IMG/VR virus record: IMGVR_UViG_3300042923_000601
Span: 62,001 to 126,000 of that record
DNA: 64,000 nt
Direction: 5' to 3' (one strand)
Shown: piece after piece, positions 55,583 to 64,000 of the stretch
How the letters are laid out: each line of letters starts with the position of its first letter
Numbering within the stretch: position 1 is the stretch's first letter
The notes under the pieces: generated by a model
What the model saw: the letters and a program-made list of their open reading frames with translations, nothing else
Database searches by the model: none
What the model was told of the DNA's origin: nothing
Position numbers and translations under genes: made by a program

Positions 55583-56494
55583 ATGAATCAATCGAAAAAT
55601 AATGACACTCTTACCACACTGGCTCCGCTTATCGACCGCTACGTTGTAGGCAATGGTATTAATCTGGATGAAATCGTCCTTGCTGCCGGGCAAGACCATG
55701 GTGCATTTAGCATGGCTGCACATCAGGTCCGGAATATGATACAGCAGCTGAAGACCGGAAATGGGTCATCGATCGGCACGCTGGGCCTATGGGCAGAACT
55801 CCTTGATTTCAATATCGATATCACCCTTACACCGAACAAACCGGAAGGTGTAGCCGTAAAGGTTAATTACAATCCCGCTGAAGGCACTGTATACTACAAC
55901 GCAGATACAGTGGCACCTGCTGCTGAGCATCCTGCCGATGGCGAGATTGTATCGTATGAACCAGTATACTCGCTCGAAGAACAATTGGCGAAGTATCCTG
56001 ATTATGAAACTAAAATCCGGGCTGCCGCCGAACTTATCGGGAAGAAAGTTGAACTTATCAGGCATGCTGACCCGCAAGGAGATCACATTCCACTCGGCAC
56101 AACAGGCGAAATCCTTGGATTTGCATCGGAGCCATTTGACGGGCTTGTTATGGCCCTTGGCGGCGGAGAGACTGATCTCGTGTATGCTGAAGAGGTTCGG
56201 GAACTGTTCGATATGAGGTTTACCTATGCAATGCTTACTGGTATCAGTGATATCATCGACAGGCAGGATTCTATGATCACCCAGATCGACTCCGTTGTTG
56301 GAAATGCTGCTGATTCCGAACGTCGCGACTTCCAAATTGCCAGCGAAGCAGCTATATTTTGCCGTACGGTAAATGCGGCTGCACAGGTAGCCACATCGAA
56401 CATCTCAGCCATTAATAATACTGCTCGGTCTAATATTATTACAAGTGAGGGTATCTCTGTCGGTATTGACCCTGATACTGACCCACGGTCTTAA
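55583..56494 (+). CDS. XRE-like HTH family paralog 2 with C-terminal extension
   Basis: LIDRYVVGNGINLDEI..SIGTLGLWAELLDFNIDITL. Confidence 0.45.
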   Translation: MNQSKNNDTLTTLAPLIDRYVVGNGINLDEIVLAAGQDHGAFSMAAHQVRNMIQQLKTGNGSSIGTLGLWAELLDFNIDITLTPNKPEGVAVKVNYNPAEGTVYYNADTVAPAAEHPADGEIVSYEPVYSLEEQLAKYPDYETKIRAAAELIGKKVELIRHADPQGDHIPLGTTGEILGFASEPFDGLVMALGGGETDLVYAEEVRELFDMRFTYAMLTGISDIIDRQDSMITQIDSVVGNAADSERRDFQIASEAAIFCRTVNAAAQVATSNISAINNTARSNIITSEGISVGIDPDTDPRS

Positions 56495-56518
56495 TAATCG
56501 GAGACGTAAATACATCGA

Positions 56519-57186
56519 AAGAAGTAGGCCAAGCGCCTACTTCTTTTTTACGTATCAACCAATACTGATTCTGAGTATATATTATAATAATGAATAAACC
56601 ATTTACCTACTAGGAGGAATTTATCATGAGTAACATTGATGAGACTCAAGAATCCGAACATCGGCATCCGTATAGTGAAAACGATGACCTCGGCATGCGC
56701 GCTATTCGGTTTGCGCTCAACGCCAAAGGCGTAACCTTTAAGCATTACAGAGACCGGTTTGCGTCAGAGCTTGAACTGCATAACGCAATGAAGCATGTGA
56801 CAACTGACCACATGTCGTTTACGAAGTTTCAAGAATACTGTAAACTACTTGATCTCGTACCCGGTATCGTTCTTATTGATAAGAAGGATGCAGTGTCGCC
56901 GATTATCGACGCACCACATCTGTCCGTCATTGTATTTGAAGACGTGTTTGTACCGTCCCAAATTAATGCTGTTACAACGGACGCTGCTGAATCCTCATTT
57001 CGTGACTTGCTAACACCTGAGAACGAAGCCACCCTTGAAATTCTTGCTCCTAAGCTCGGGTTGTCATGGGAAAGAATCAAGGGTGCACCTATTGAAGGGT
57101 GGGACACCGTGTGATATGAAGAAGTAGGCCAAGCGCCTACTTCTTTTTTACGTATCAACCAATACTGATTCTGAGTATATATTATA
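56519..57186 (+). repeat. 68-bp identical terminator+early promoter cassette (56519-56586, 57119-57186)
   Basis: AAGAAGTAGGCCAAGCGCCTACTTCTTTTTT..GAGTATATATTATA is repeated at exactly 600-bp spacing. Confidence 0.92.
56626..57114 (+). CDS. XRE-like HTH family paralog 3
   Basis: IRFALNAKGVTFKHYRDRF..MSFTKFQEYCKLLDLVPGIVLIDK; clearly aligns with 55012..55491. Confidence 0.6.
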   Translation: MSNIDETQESEHRHPYSENDDLGMRAIRFALNAKGVTFKHYRDRFASELELHNAMKHVTTDHMSFTKFQEYCKLLDLVPGIVLIDKKDAVSPIIDAPHLSVIVFEDVFVPSQINAVTTDAAESSFRDLLTPENEATLEILAPKLGLSWERIKGAPIEGWDTV

Positions 57187-57226
57187 GCCATAGAATAACC
57201 ACCTATTTAAGCCGACGAAGGAGAGA

Positions 57227-57787
57227 ATGACAATGTCTCAAGAAAAAGTACCGGTGAACGAATTGGATGATCTGCTGACGCGGGCGATTAAAGAGTACAT
57301 GAACAAAGCCGACATTGATCCTGAAGAGTTCAGAGGTAGTCATCCTGAACTGGTTACGAACCTGATTGATGGGCCGATGACTATTCTTGAATATAATAGC
57401 TGGAGCGACCTTTTGGGCGTAACCAGTATGCTTAGACTTGAAGGTGCTGAGGAGAATGTAATGGTGTCATATGAACCTAAGATTGAATTACCGTCTTACC
57501 TGAATCCACTCGAAGGTGACAGTTTCCTAACCGCTACGGTTAAGCGGTATTTCCGTGAATCCAATAAACTGCCTGAACGCTATATTCGTGCAGCAGGGAA
57601 AGCCCACTTTGACAACCCAACGCATTTCAATTCATTACTGGTTCGTCTTAAGTCCGGCGAGTTTATGAATGAGGTATCCTTTATGCAATGGGCGAGCATC
57701 GTTGGTCCAGCGCTTATGGAATGCCTACAGGACGTTGTGAATGATTATAGCACAGGTAACAAACCTGTTAGGCCACGGGACGTCTAG
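57227..57787 (+). CDS. XRE-like HTH family paralog 4 (possibly two degenerate domains)
   Basis: AIKEYMNKADID..MTILEYNSWSDLLG and VKRYFRESN..MNEVSFMQWASIVG. Confidence 0.45.
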   Translation: MTMSQEKVPVNELDDLLTRAIKEYMNKADIDPEEFRGSHPELVTNLIDGPMTILEYNSWSDLLGVTSMLRLEGAEENVMVSYEPKIELPSYLNPLEGDSFLTATVKRYFRESNKLPERYIRAAGKAHFDNPTHFNSLLVRLKSGEFMNEVSFMQWASIVGPALMECLQDVVNDYSTGNKPVRPRDV

Positions 57788-57796
57788 CCGATGTCC

Positions 57797-57823
57797 AAGA
57801 GTAGCTCACGCTACTCTTTTTTT
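57797..57823 (+). terminator. Intrinsic terminator ending the early block
   Basis: AGAGTAGC/GCTACTCT stem plus T-tract. Confidence 0.7.
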
Positions 57824-57883
57824 GGTTAATAACGTAACAAAAACAATCTAATAATGATACTGGGTTATTAGGAGGAGCCATGT

Positions 57884-60106
57884 ATGGAAAATATATTCAA
57901 TCAGATATACCAAAAGACATTAGCTTTGAAAGAGAAGATTGGTAATCGTGGGAATCATGTACGAATTGTCGTCCCAAACGCCCAAATTGAAAAGGCGAAG
58001 TATCTTCAATTCGCTGACAATGCAGCAATTCCACTGTATGGACAGTCAGTGGTGTATATCAATGAGCCTGTATTTCAGAATATTCCGATTAACCGGAAGT
58101 TCACGGTTCAGTATTCGAAGGTCTATACGCTGGTTGATTTCATTACTTTAACCAGAACGGCTATTCAGGTAAGCTCGAACGGTGTAATCGTTGATCCAAA
58201 CTTATGCCGGATTATTATGATTAACCGTGGACTCACTGCGATTGTCGTTGATCAAAATGTCACAAATGTATCCATTACCATGCTGCGAAATATCAAGTCC
58301 TTCACACGTTATGCTGGTAGTGGGTCAGTACCACTAACTACAACGTCCCAGTATTCTTATTTTTTGGTCGTAAACGGCATTGCGCGGTACGTTGAGCCTG
58401 TATTGTCAAACGGGACATACCAGCTACCAATCAGTGCAACCGGGGGCTGGGCAACTGTAATTCAATCCGATGATATACGGGTAGCACCAGCCACAGCTTT
58501 ACAGAATAGTAAGTACCGCTACGTGGCGTTACCAAGTGGGATTGGGTTTGCAAATACCCCGGATATCCACATCTTCCGCCCTAACAGCAACGCATTTTTT
58601 GAACCATCAGCCCATACACCATTGCTTGACGGTGTGATTGTACCTGATGCAAACACGTCATTTATGCTGATTACGTCAGCCCCCGTTCCGTCTTATACGG
58701 ATATGCGGCATACGTATAGTCAGTACAAAAACTACATGAACGAGTATCTGGCTAACACACTTCCGGCTACGATCGCATCGTATACGCCTTATAAACCAGA
58801 TGTAGATGCTGATACACCGGAGGCTGAATTCCAAGCTGAAATGAAGAAGTCACTCGAAGACTTTACAAACTTCTATCGTACGTATCTGGAAGAGCAGGCA
58901 TCATTCAGCCTAACAAGCTATCCGATCATAACGCCTTCTTCTATTATTACACGTACGAACCCAAACGGTATGTTATTCTTCAGTGATGGTATTAACATCG
59001 CACCGATAAGTATTACTCGGTCAGCCAACAGCATGTACGTTTCACGGTTTAAGGATTCGGACATTACAGCATCGTCGATTGTCGGTGTTGACATTGGTCG
59101 AACAGTTGACCCTTATGTGCAATATGGGAATATTACTTCGACTACCTTTATTGTCGGTCCGTCATCTCGGGTTACAAGTCATCCAACATACAAGGCATTC
59201 GTCACATCCCCAGGAACGACTCTTCGGAAATGCGATCCACTTCCGATTGTCTCTACGATCCTTGATCGAAACCTGGCGAAGTTACGGTTTAATCAAGCCG
59301 ATGTTGGTAAGCACATCCACGTTATTGGGGATCAGTATAACCGTATTTTAACCAAATCCAATAACCAGACAGGGTTACTCAAGGTTCCACTATGGGCCAG
59401 CTTTATTCCAAAGTCGGACATTTATGTCTTCCTCAATGGCCGATTGCAACCATCAGCTAGAACGTATATATTTGATCCATTCCGTTACACCGTCACTAAG
59501 GGTGATACGGTGTTGGTTACTGATCTTGATACTAATATTGCAACGGGAGAGGCATTTACTGTCCTGCTTAGCAATCAGCTATCTGAGGTCAACCATACGA
59601 TTACACTGGCAAATGGGAATAAGATTATCGAAATGACAAATAAAGCATTCCCTTTCAGCACCAAAACGCACTTGATTTTTGTGGACGGGAAGTTTATACA
59701 CCCTGATAAGATCAAGGTGATTGACAACTACCGGTTCTCACTTGATGTAAAGTCCACGAATAAACTTCGAATCGTTCGCAAGAATATGGCAGATACGTTC
59801 ACTCCTCTCCTTGAGAATGTCAAAGATAAGTGGACACAGTATCTTGCAACGTTATCGACAGCCGCAATCGAATCTCTGCTTGGTCCATTATTTACGGTTA
59901 CGAATCAGGAAAATAACGATCGTACCGTATACTATGGGGAGCGTCATTATTTTGAAATCCTCTATAATTACTGCTTGAAAGATAGACGGATGTTAACACC
60001 TGAAGATGCTGCCGCTATCCCAATTGAACTCCCGAATGTGCTCCTACCGGATGGTCGGATTCCGATCTCTTCTATTCGCCCCGGTGCACCACGGTATCCA
60101 TTATAA
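57884..60106 (+). CDS. Late structural protein (tail/baseplate-associated, 740 aa)
   Basis: Late promoter AACA-ATCTAA-TA at 57842-57853; beta-rich; upstream of the fibre genes. Confidence 0.55.
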   Translation: MENIFNQIYQKTLALKEKIGNRGNHVRIVVPNAQIEKAKYLQFADNAAIPLYGQSVVYINEPVFQNIPINRKFTVQYSKVYTLVDFITLTRTAIQVSSNGVIVDPNLCRIIMINRGLTAIVVDQNVTNVSITMLRNIKSFTRYAGSGSVPLTTTSQYSYFLVVNGIARYVEPVLSNGTYQLPISATGGWATVIQSDDIRVAPATALQNSKYRYVALPSGIGFANTPDIHIFRPNSNAFFEPSAHTPLLDGVIVPDANTSFMLITSAPVPSYTDMRHTYSQYKNYMNEYLANTLPATIASYTPYKPDVDADTPEAEFQAEMKKSLEDFTNFYRTYLEEQASFSLTSYPIITPSSIITRTNPNGMLFFSDGINIAPISITRSANSMYVSRFKDSDITASSIVGVDIGRTVDPYVQYGNITSTTFIVGPSSRVTSHPTYKAFVTSPGTTLRKCDPLPIVSTILDRNLAKLRFNQADVGKHIHVIGDQYNRILTKSNNQTGLLKVPLWASFIPKSDIYVFLNGRLQPSARTYIFDPFRYTVTKGDTVLVTDLDTNIATGEAFTVLLSNQLSEVNHTITLANGNKIIEMTNKAFPFSTKTHLIFVDGKFIHPDKIKVIDNYRFSLDVKSTNKLRIVRKNMADTFTPLLENVKDKWTQYLATLSTAAIESLLGPLFTVTNQENNDRTVYYGERHYFEILYNYCLKDRRMLTPEDAAAIPIELPNVLLPDGRIPISSIRPGAPRYPL

Positions 60107-60121
60107 TAGGAGGTATTCACG

Positions 60122-62242
60122 ATGGTTGATATTTCAAAGAGTCACTTTGCTAATTTTTTTGGTATATTTACAGACCCACAGGCAAGTCTTCAAACGCAAG
60201 AGCTGGGATTTACATCTGATTACCGGCTGGTATATAAGGACGCGTCCAATACGCTTCGTTACCTGCCTAGTATCTATGATTATCAGAATATCTATAATCC
60301 CGCAACGATTCAAATCACTCAAACGGCTAAGGATGCTACACTTGGCGTAGGAACCGAAGGTGACTTTTCAGCCAAAGTAACGACGTCAATTCCACATTCG
60401 CTGGTTGTTACCGCAACTGGTATCCATGAACGCCAAGTCCTTATCCAGTATAGCTCTACGAACGTAGTCAAGGATATTATGACACTTCCGGAGTATTTCT
60501 GTAAGATTGACACGGCAGCGGACGTCTTTGACGTGAATAAAGGGGTCATGACTGAGGCTGTTGCGAAGTACAAAATCTCTGCCCACTTGGGTAGAACCCA
60601 ACTTACCAACAACGCAACCTTTATCTTGGTTAAGGTAGAGAATACCACAACTCAGACAACGCTTGGATATCCCATGACAACCGAAGCAAATAAGGACAAT
60701 ATTGCAAATCGCAATCAATTGTACATTGATGCTGATGGCTTCCTGGTACTCATTAAGGACAAAGCAGTGACTGATTTGGATTATCCGATCTGGGTATTCA
60801 ATCGTCGGTCGGTTCCGATTGAAGTTAAGCTGCCGAATAAGTATTTCCTATTCGCAAAGAATGATAAGTTCTCTGTTAAGACGTATCGCCGGTATTCGGA
60901 TACTGCAATGGACACGACTTACCAGTTGGTTCGTGATAATGAGACCGTTCAACTGACACAGATCGTACAGTCTGATCAAGTAACCTCTATCCGGGTGTCG
61001 TCTGAGAAACTGGCGATCTCAGCAAATAAGAAGAGTATTACAGGGTTGGTACGTGAAAGTCACTATGAAATCGTGGTTCTAACCGATGAAGTGCGTACAA
61101 ATCCTACCTTCCAATATCAAATCCTTGACATTACAGACGGTTTCTTTAGCTATATGTACAGAGTCTTGAAGAATGTAAGTGACAACGGAAGTCGCGGGGT
61201 TGGCGGGTACGCATCGGCTGGTATTGCCAGTAAGAAATACCTCTTTGAATATACGTACATTGCCGAGGAAGCCGGAATTTCGTCATTTACCATCCCTGAG
61301 CAGCTATACGCTCCTGTGAATGGTGATAGAGAGTTCCTCTACTACCACGGTGTGCGAATGGAAAGAGGCATTGATTACACCGTTGTGAATATCGAGCGTC
61401 GAATCACGCTTAACTTCCAGCTTAACCAAGGCGACCAGATTCAAGCGATTATCTTTAAGTACGCCGATAATGGCGGTGAGATATACATGATCAGCGCACT
61501 TCAGAACTACGTGAACACGGTTAACGCTGATCTGACGGCATTTAAGGCACAGCTCGTATCAAACATGGGTGATGTGCCGAAATATAACATGCTCCCTGAT
61601 GCAGGACGGTTCATGGGTAGTGCAGTTGGGCGATTCGACCTAACGTCTACCGGAGCCTTTGATTCAGGTCTGCTGTTCAAGACTTTTAATAACTCGGTTC
61701 TCACCGATGCGGGTAAGTATACGTACAACACAACCTCGTTTGGTGGTGCAGGTGCGGCTATTCCTCAGACGATTATTGATTTGATGAATACCATGCCGAC
61801 TCGCGCAGGGTTAATTACCCGTCGTCGATATGCACCAGAATTTAGAGTACTGCAGATCGTGGCAGGTAATGGTACAACGGGTGGCTATGCTAGTAAATAC
61901 CCGATGACTACGAACGGAAGCATCATGCTCTCCGGGTCGGCCAACTACGTGACATTCTCGGCGTGGATGCGGGTTACTGCTGGTACAAGTGTAACAATCC
62001 CAGCGCTAACTTCCCCTAGCCGTATTGCGATTAACGGTACTCCACAGGCTGGAGACTATGTATTGACCTCAGCAGCAGGTTGGGTGCATGTTGAAATCAC
62101 CCTGCAAATCTTCGTTGGGACAGATGTATATTTCCCTAACCTCTATGGTACATCTGGAAGCACTATACAGATTGCTATGCCGGTATTGGTACCAGGAAGG
62201 CACGGTGTAGGGATTCATGAATCCCCAATTTCAGCCGTATAA
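60122..62242 (+). CDS. Probable tail fibre/receptor-binding protein (706 aa)
   Basis: Beta-rich, short helical linker, then a Gly/Thr-rich C-terminal domain starting NMLPDAGRF; terminator at 62258-62292. Confidence 0.55.
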   Translation: MVDISKSHFANFFGIFTDPQASLQTQELGFTSDYRLVYKDASNTLRYLPSIYDYQNIYNPATIQITQTAKDATLGVGTEGDFSAKVTTSIPHSLVVTATGIHERQVLIQYSSTNVVKDIMTLPEYFCKIDTAADVFDVNKGVMTEAVAKYKISAHLGRTQLTNNATFILVKVENTTTQTTLGYPMTTEANKDNIANRNQLYIDADGFLVLIKDKAVTDLDYPIWVFNRRSVPIEVKLPNKYFLFAKNDKFSVKTYRRYSDTAMDTTYQLVRDNETVQLTQIVQSDQVTSIRVSSEKLAISANKKSITGLVRESHYEIVVLTDEVRTNPTFQYQILDITDGFFSYMYRVLKNVSDNGSRGVGGYASAGIASKKYLFEYTYIAEEAGISSFTIPEQLYAPVNGDREFLYYHGVRMERGIDYTVVNIERRITLNFQLNQGDQIQAIIFKYADNGGEIYMISALQNYVNTVNADLTAFKAQLVSNMGDVPKYNMLPDAGRFMGSAVGRFDLTSTGAFDSGLLFKTFNNSVLTDAGKYTYNTTSFGGAGAAIPQTIIDLMNTMPTRAGLITRRRYAPEFRVLQIVAGNGTTGGYASKYPMTTNGSIMLSGSANYVTFSAWMRVTAGTSVTIPALTSPSRIAINGTPQAGDYVLTSAAGWVHVEITLQIFVGTDVYFPNLYGTSGSTIQIAMPVLVPGRHGVGIHESPISAV

Positions 62243-62369
62243 CGTATCGCACAAATCGAGAAGAGACGGTAAATACTGTCTCTTCTTTTTTGCATGAGAG
62301 TCTATTCGACAAAACAACATGATAAGTACATGTATCAAAATCATACTTACACGAAGGGGGATAAGCCCG

Positions 62370-64000
62370 ATGTCATTACCTTATGTGCTTTCTGAATTGG
62401 GGAAATTGAGCAACTCGCTCACAAATGTAATCCAGCAGATTGAAACTCAGCTGGGAAACGGCACGTTAACGTTAGACGGGCTGAAAAGTGATATCCAGGC
62501 TATCTTGAATAGCGCTGGTCAGGCGAATGGGCTGGCACCACTCAATGGTACAGCCACGATCAACAAGCAGTATCTGCCACCTATACAAGAGCTGGTTAAA
62601 CACGGCAACGAGTGGCATGACAAAGCGTATGTGACTCAGACCGAGATTGATACCTCGGTTAGCGCGTATGCGGCTAGACGGGACAACCCGAACGTCGTTA
62701 CAAAGGCACAGGTCGGTTTGAGTAACGTGGACAACGTTAAACAAGAACCCTACCGTAACCTTGGTCTGAACGCCAAATCGGCGACTGACTTGCCGAATAC
62801 CTACCCTGTAGGGATCAGCTATATGCTGGCTGATAGCACTAAAGGATTCCCATTTACCGGAGTCCATAATGGTGTAATGACTTACAACTTGAGCGATGGC
62901 ACCACATCTACTTACCAATTTGCATTCAATTATGAGAATGCAAGGGTTCCCCGTATACGCGTACGCTCAGCTACCCTGGGTAATACAGCATGGGGTGACT
63001 GGGCTGTTATGTATACCAGCGCAGAGCCTCCTACAAAGGCTGATCTGGGTCTTGGGAATGTACAGAACTACCCAGTTGCAACTGATGCTGAAGCAGCTGC
63101 TGGGGTATCTAACGTAACGTACATGACACCTGCCCGGACTAAAACTACTGTAGATGCTGCGGTTTCCAGTGTCAGCAATACACAGGTACTTGGCCCAGGT
63201 ACAAATCTTGTAACGGCTGGTAAAGAGGGCGCAGAGCTTGACCTGAAGGTTAATGGTCGCACCCTTGTAAATATTCTGGGTACAATGGGTAGTGGGGAGT
63301 CCGTGGCAAACTGGGGTATATCCGGTACAGCACCAACTATATCCACTACACAGAAACGGTCAGGAACAGCTTCGTTTAAATTCAGCACGACTGACACGTC
63401 AGGTGTGTTGGTCAAAGACCTTGCCATCCCACTGGATAAATCCAAGTATTATATGGTGACTTGCTGGGCGTATGTTGAATCGTATACTAGCGGTGGAGCA
63501 ACACTTAACATTCGTGAATACAATACATCAAATGTACGATACAATGTGAGTGTGAATACGACGAAAGTCGGCGAATGGCAGCAGCTTCTTCTTAAGGTAC
63601 CTAATAACAACACCATCTCTACCACTGAAGGGTTCCGTATCATTGCTGGTGTCAACACCACTGGTACAATGGTTGTATACTACGATGAACTTCGACTGTA
63701 TGAAGTTTCTGCAGCTGAATACGCCGCCATTGGTACTACGCTGGCCACACCAGAGCAGATCGACGCCTATTTCCCGTACGTGGATGGTAAACAACACGTT
63801 CAAGGCGTTGCTATTACGAAGCAGGGTAAGAACTTGCTGCTCCCACTGACTCAAAGAGGTACAAACAACGGTACTGTAATCGATGCGTATGCATTTGACC
63901 ATCCAGCACTCGTTGCCTTCGGTAATGGGTACATGACGTATGATGTAATTCCCAATACCGACTACGTTTTTTCTGCGGTGCCAGGTGCTACAGGTCAAAT
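62370..64000 (+). CDS. Tail fibre protein, partial (runs off window end)
   Basis: Absent from the ORF track because it is unterminated. ATG at 62370 after a GGGGG SD, late promoter at 62313-62324. Contains VTKAQVGLSNVDN and TKADLGLGNVQN fibre repeats, GRTLVNILG and a CBM-like beta domain. Confidence 0.85.
   Translation, partial: MSLPYVLSELGKLSNSLTNVIQQIETQLGNGTLTLDGLKSDIQAILNSAGQANGLAPLNGTATINKQYLPPIQELVKHGNEWHDKAYVTQTEIDTSVSAYAARRDNPNVVTKAQVGLSNVDNVKQEPYRNLGLNAKSATDLPNTYPVGISYMLADSTKGFPFTGVHNGVMTYNLSDGTTSTYQFAFNYENARVPRIRVRSATLGNTAWGDWAVMYTSAEPPTKADLGLGNVQNYPVATDAEAAAGVSNVTYMTPARTKTTVDAAVSSVSNTQVLGPGTNLVTAGKEGAELDLKVNGRTLVNILGTMGSGESVANWGISGTAPTISTTQKRSGTASFKFSTTDTSGVLVKDLAIPLDKSKYYMVTCWAYVESYTSGGATLNIREYNTSNVRYNVSVNTTKVGEWQQLLLKVPNNNTISTTEGFRIIAGVNTTGTMVVYYDELRLYEVSAAEYAAIGTTLATPEQIDAYFPYVDGKQHVQGVAITKQGKNLLLPLTQRGTNNGTVIDAYAFDHPALVAFGNGYMTYDVIPNTDYVFSAVPGATGQ

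Noticed and set aside
52460-57186. Repeated 47-bp and 68-bp elements as CRISPR repeats or att/IS ends
   Set aside because: Only two copies each, separated by whole genes. They are explained as hairpin/terminator/promoter/RBS modules, and no transposase, integrase or cas operon is present.
24-64000. Numerous 60-200 aa ORFs overlapping or antisense to the called genes (e.g. 998..1501, 7398..7958, 19595..20125, 55787..56335, 62472..62918)
   Set aside because: Fully nested in motif-supported genes, with no RBS and atypical composition.

Overview
This window is a 64-kb segment of a lytic jumbo phage genome of the phiKZ-related, AR9/PBS1-like type. The host is probably a Gram-positive Bacillota: the Shine-Dalgarno (SD) sites are AGGAGG and the tail-fibre motifs are Paenibacillaceae-like (inference). 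It contains a head module (terminase, major capsid, T4 gp21-type prohead protease, internal head proteins) and three split pieces of multisubunit RNAP beta. Replication and recombination genes include NAD-dependent ligase, UvsX/RecA, a type II topoisomerase A/B pair, Dda-like and DnaB-like helicases, an SbcD-like nuclease and a PD-(D/E)XK nuclease. There is also a tubulin/FtsZ-family GTPase, a membrane-anchored lytic transglycosylase, a DHH phosphoesterase, a TARG1-like macrodomain, an early accessory region of duplicated cassettes, and the start of the tail/fibre module. Two promoter classes are visible: TATATTATA upstream of non-structural genes and AACA-N6-TA upstream of structural genes. 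The most unusual observations are four. (i) A short peptide, [IL][RK]LVF[KR]PEY[LI] / RNxxGYIxL, is appended to the termini of unrelated DNA-transaction enzymes. (ii) At least five unrelated or paralogous virion proteins share an N-terminal LxLIxEG peptide, followed by [LIV]xE protease-type sites. (iii) A ~350-nt ORF-less transcription unit has its own late promoter and terminator. (iv) A strongly strand-skewed non-coding region could be a replication origin. I found no tRNA, rRNA, CRISPR array, integrase, intron or intein. All calls come from reading motifs by eye; no database searches were run.
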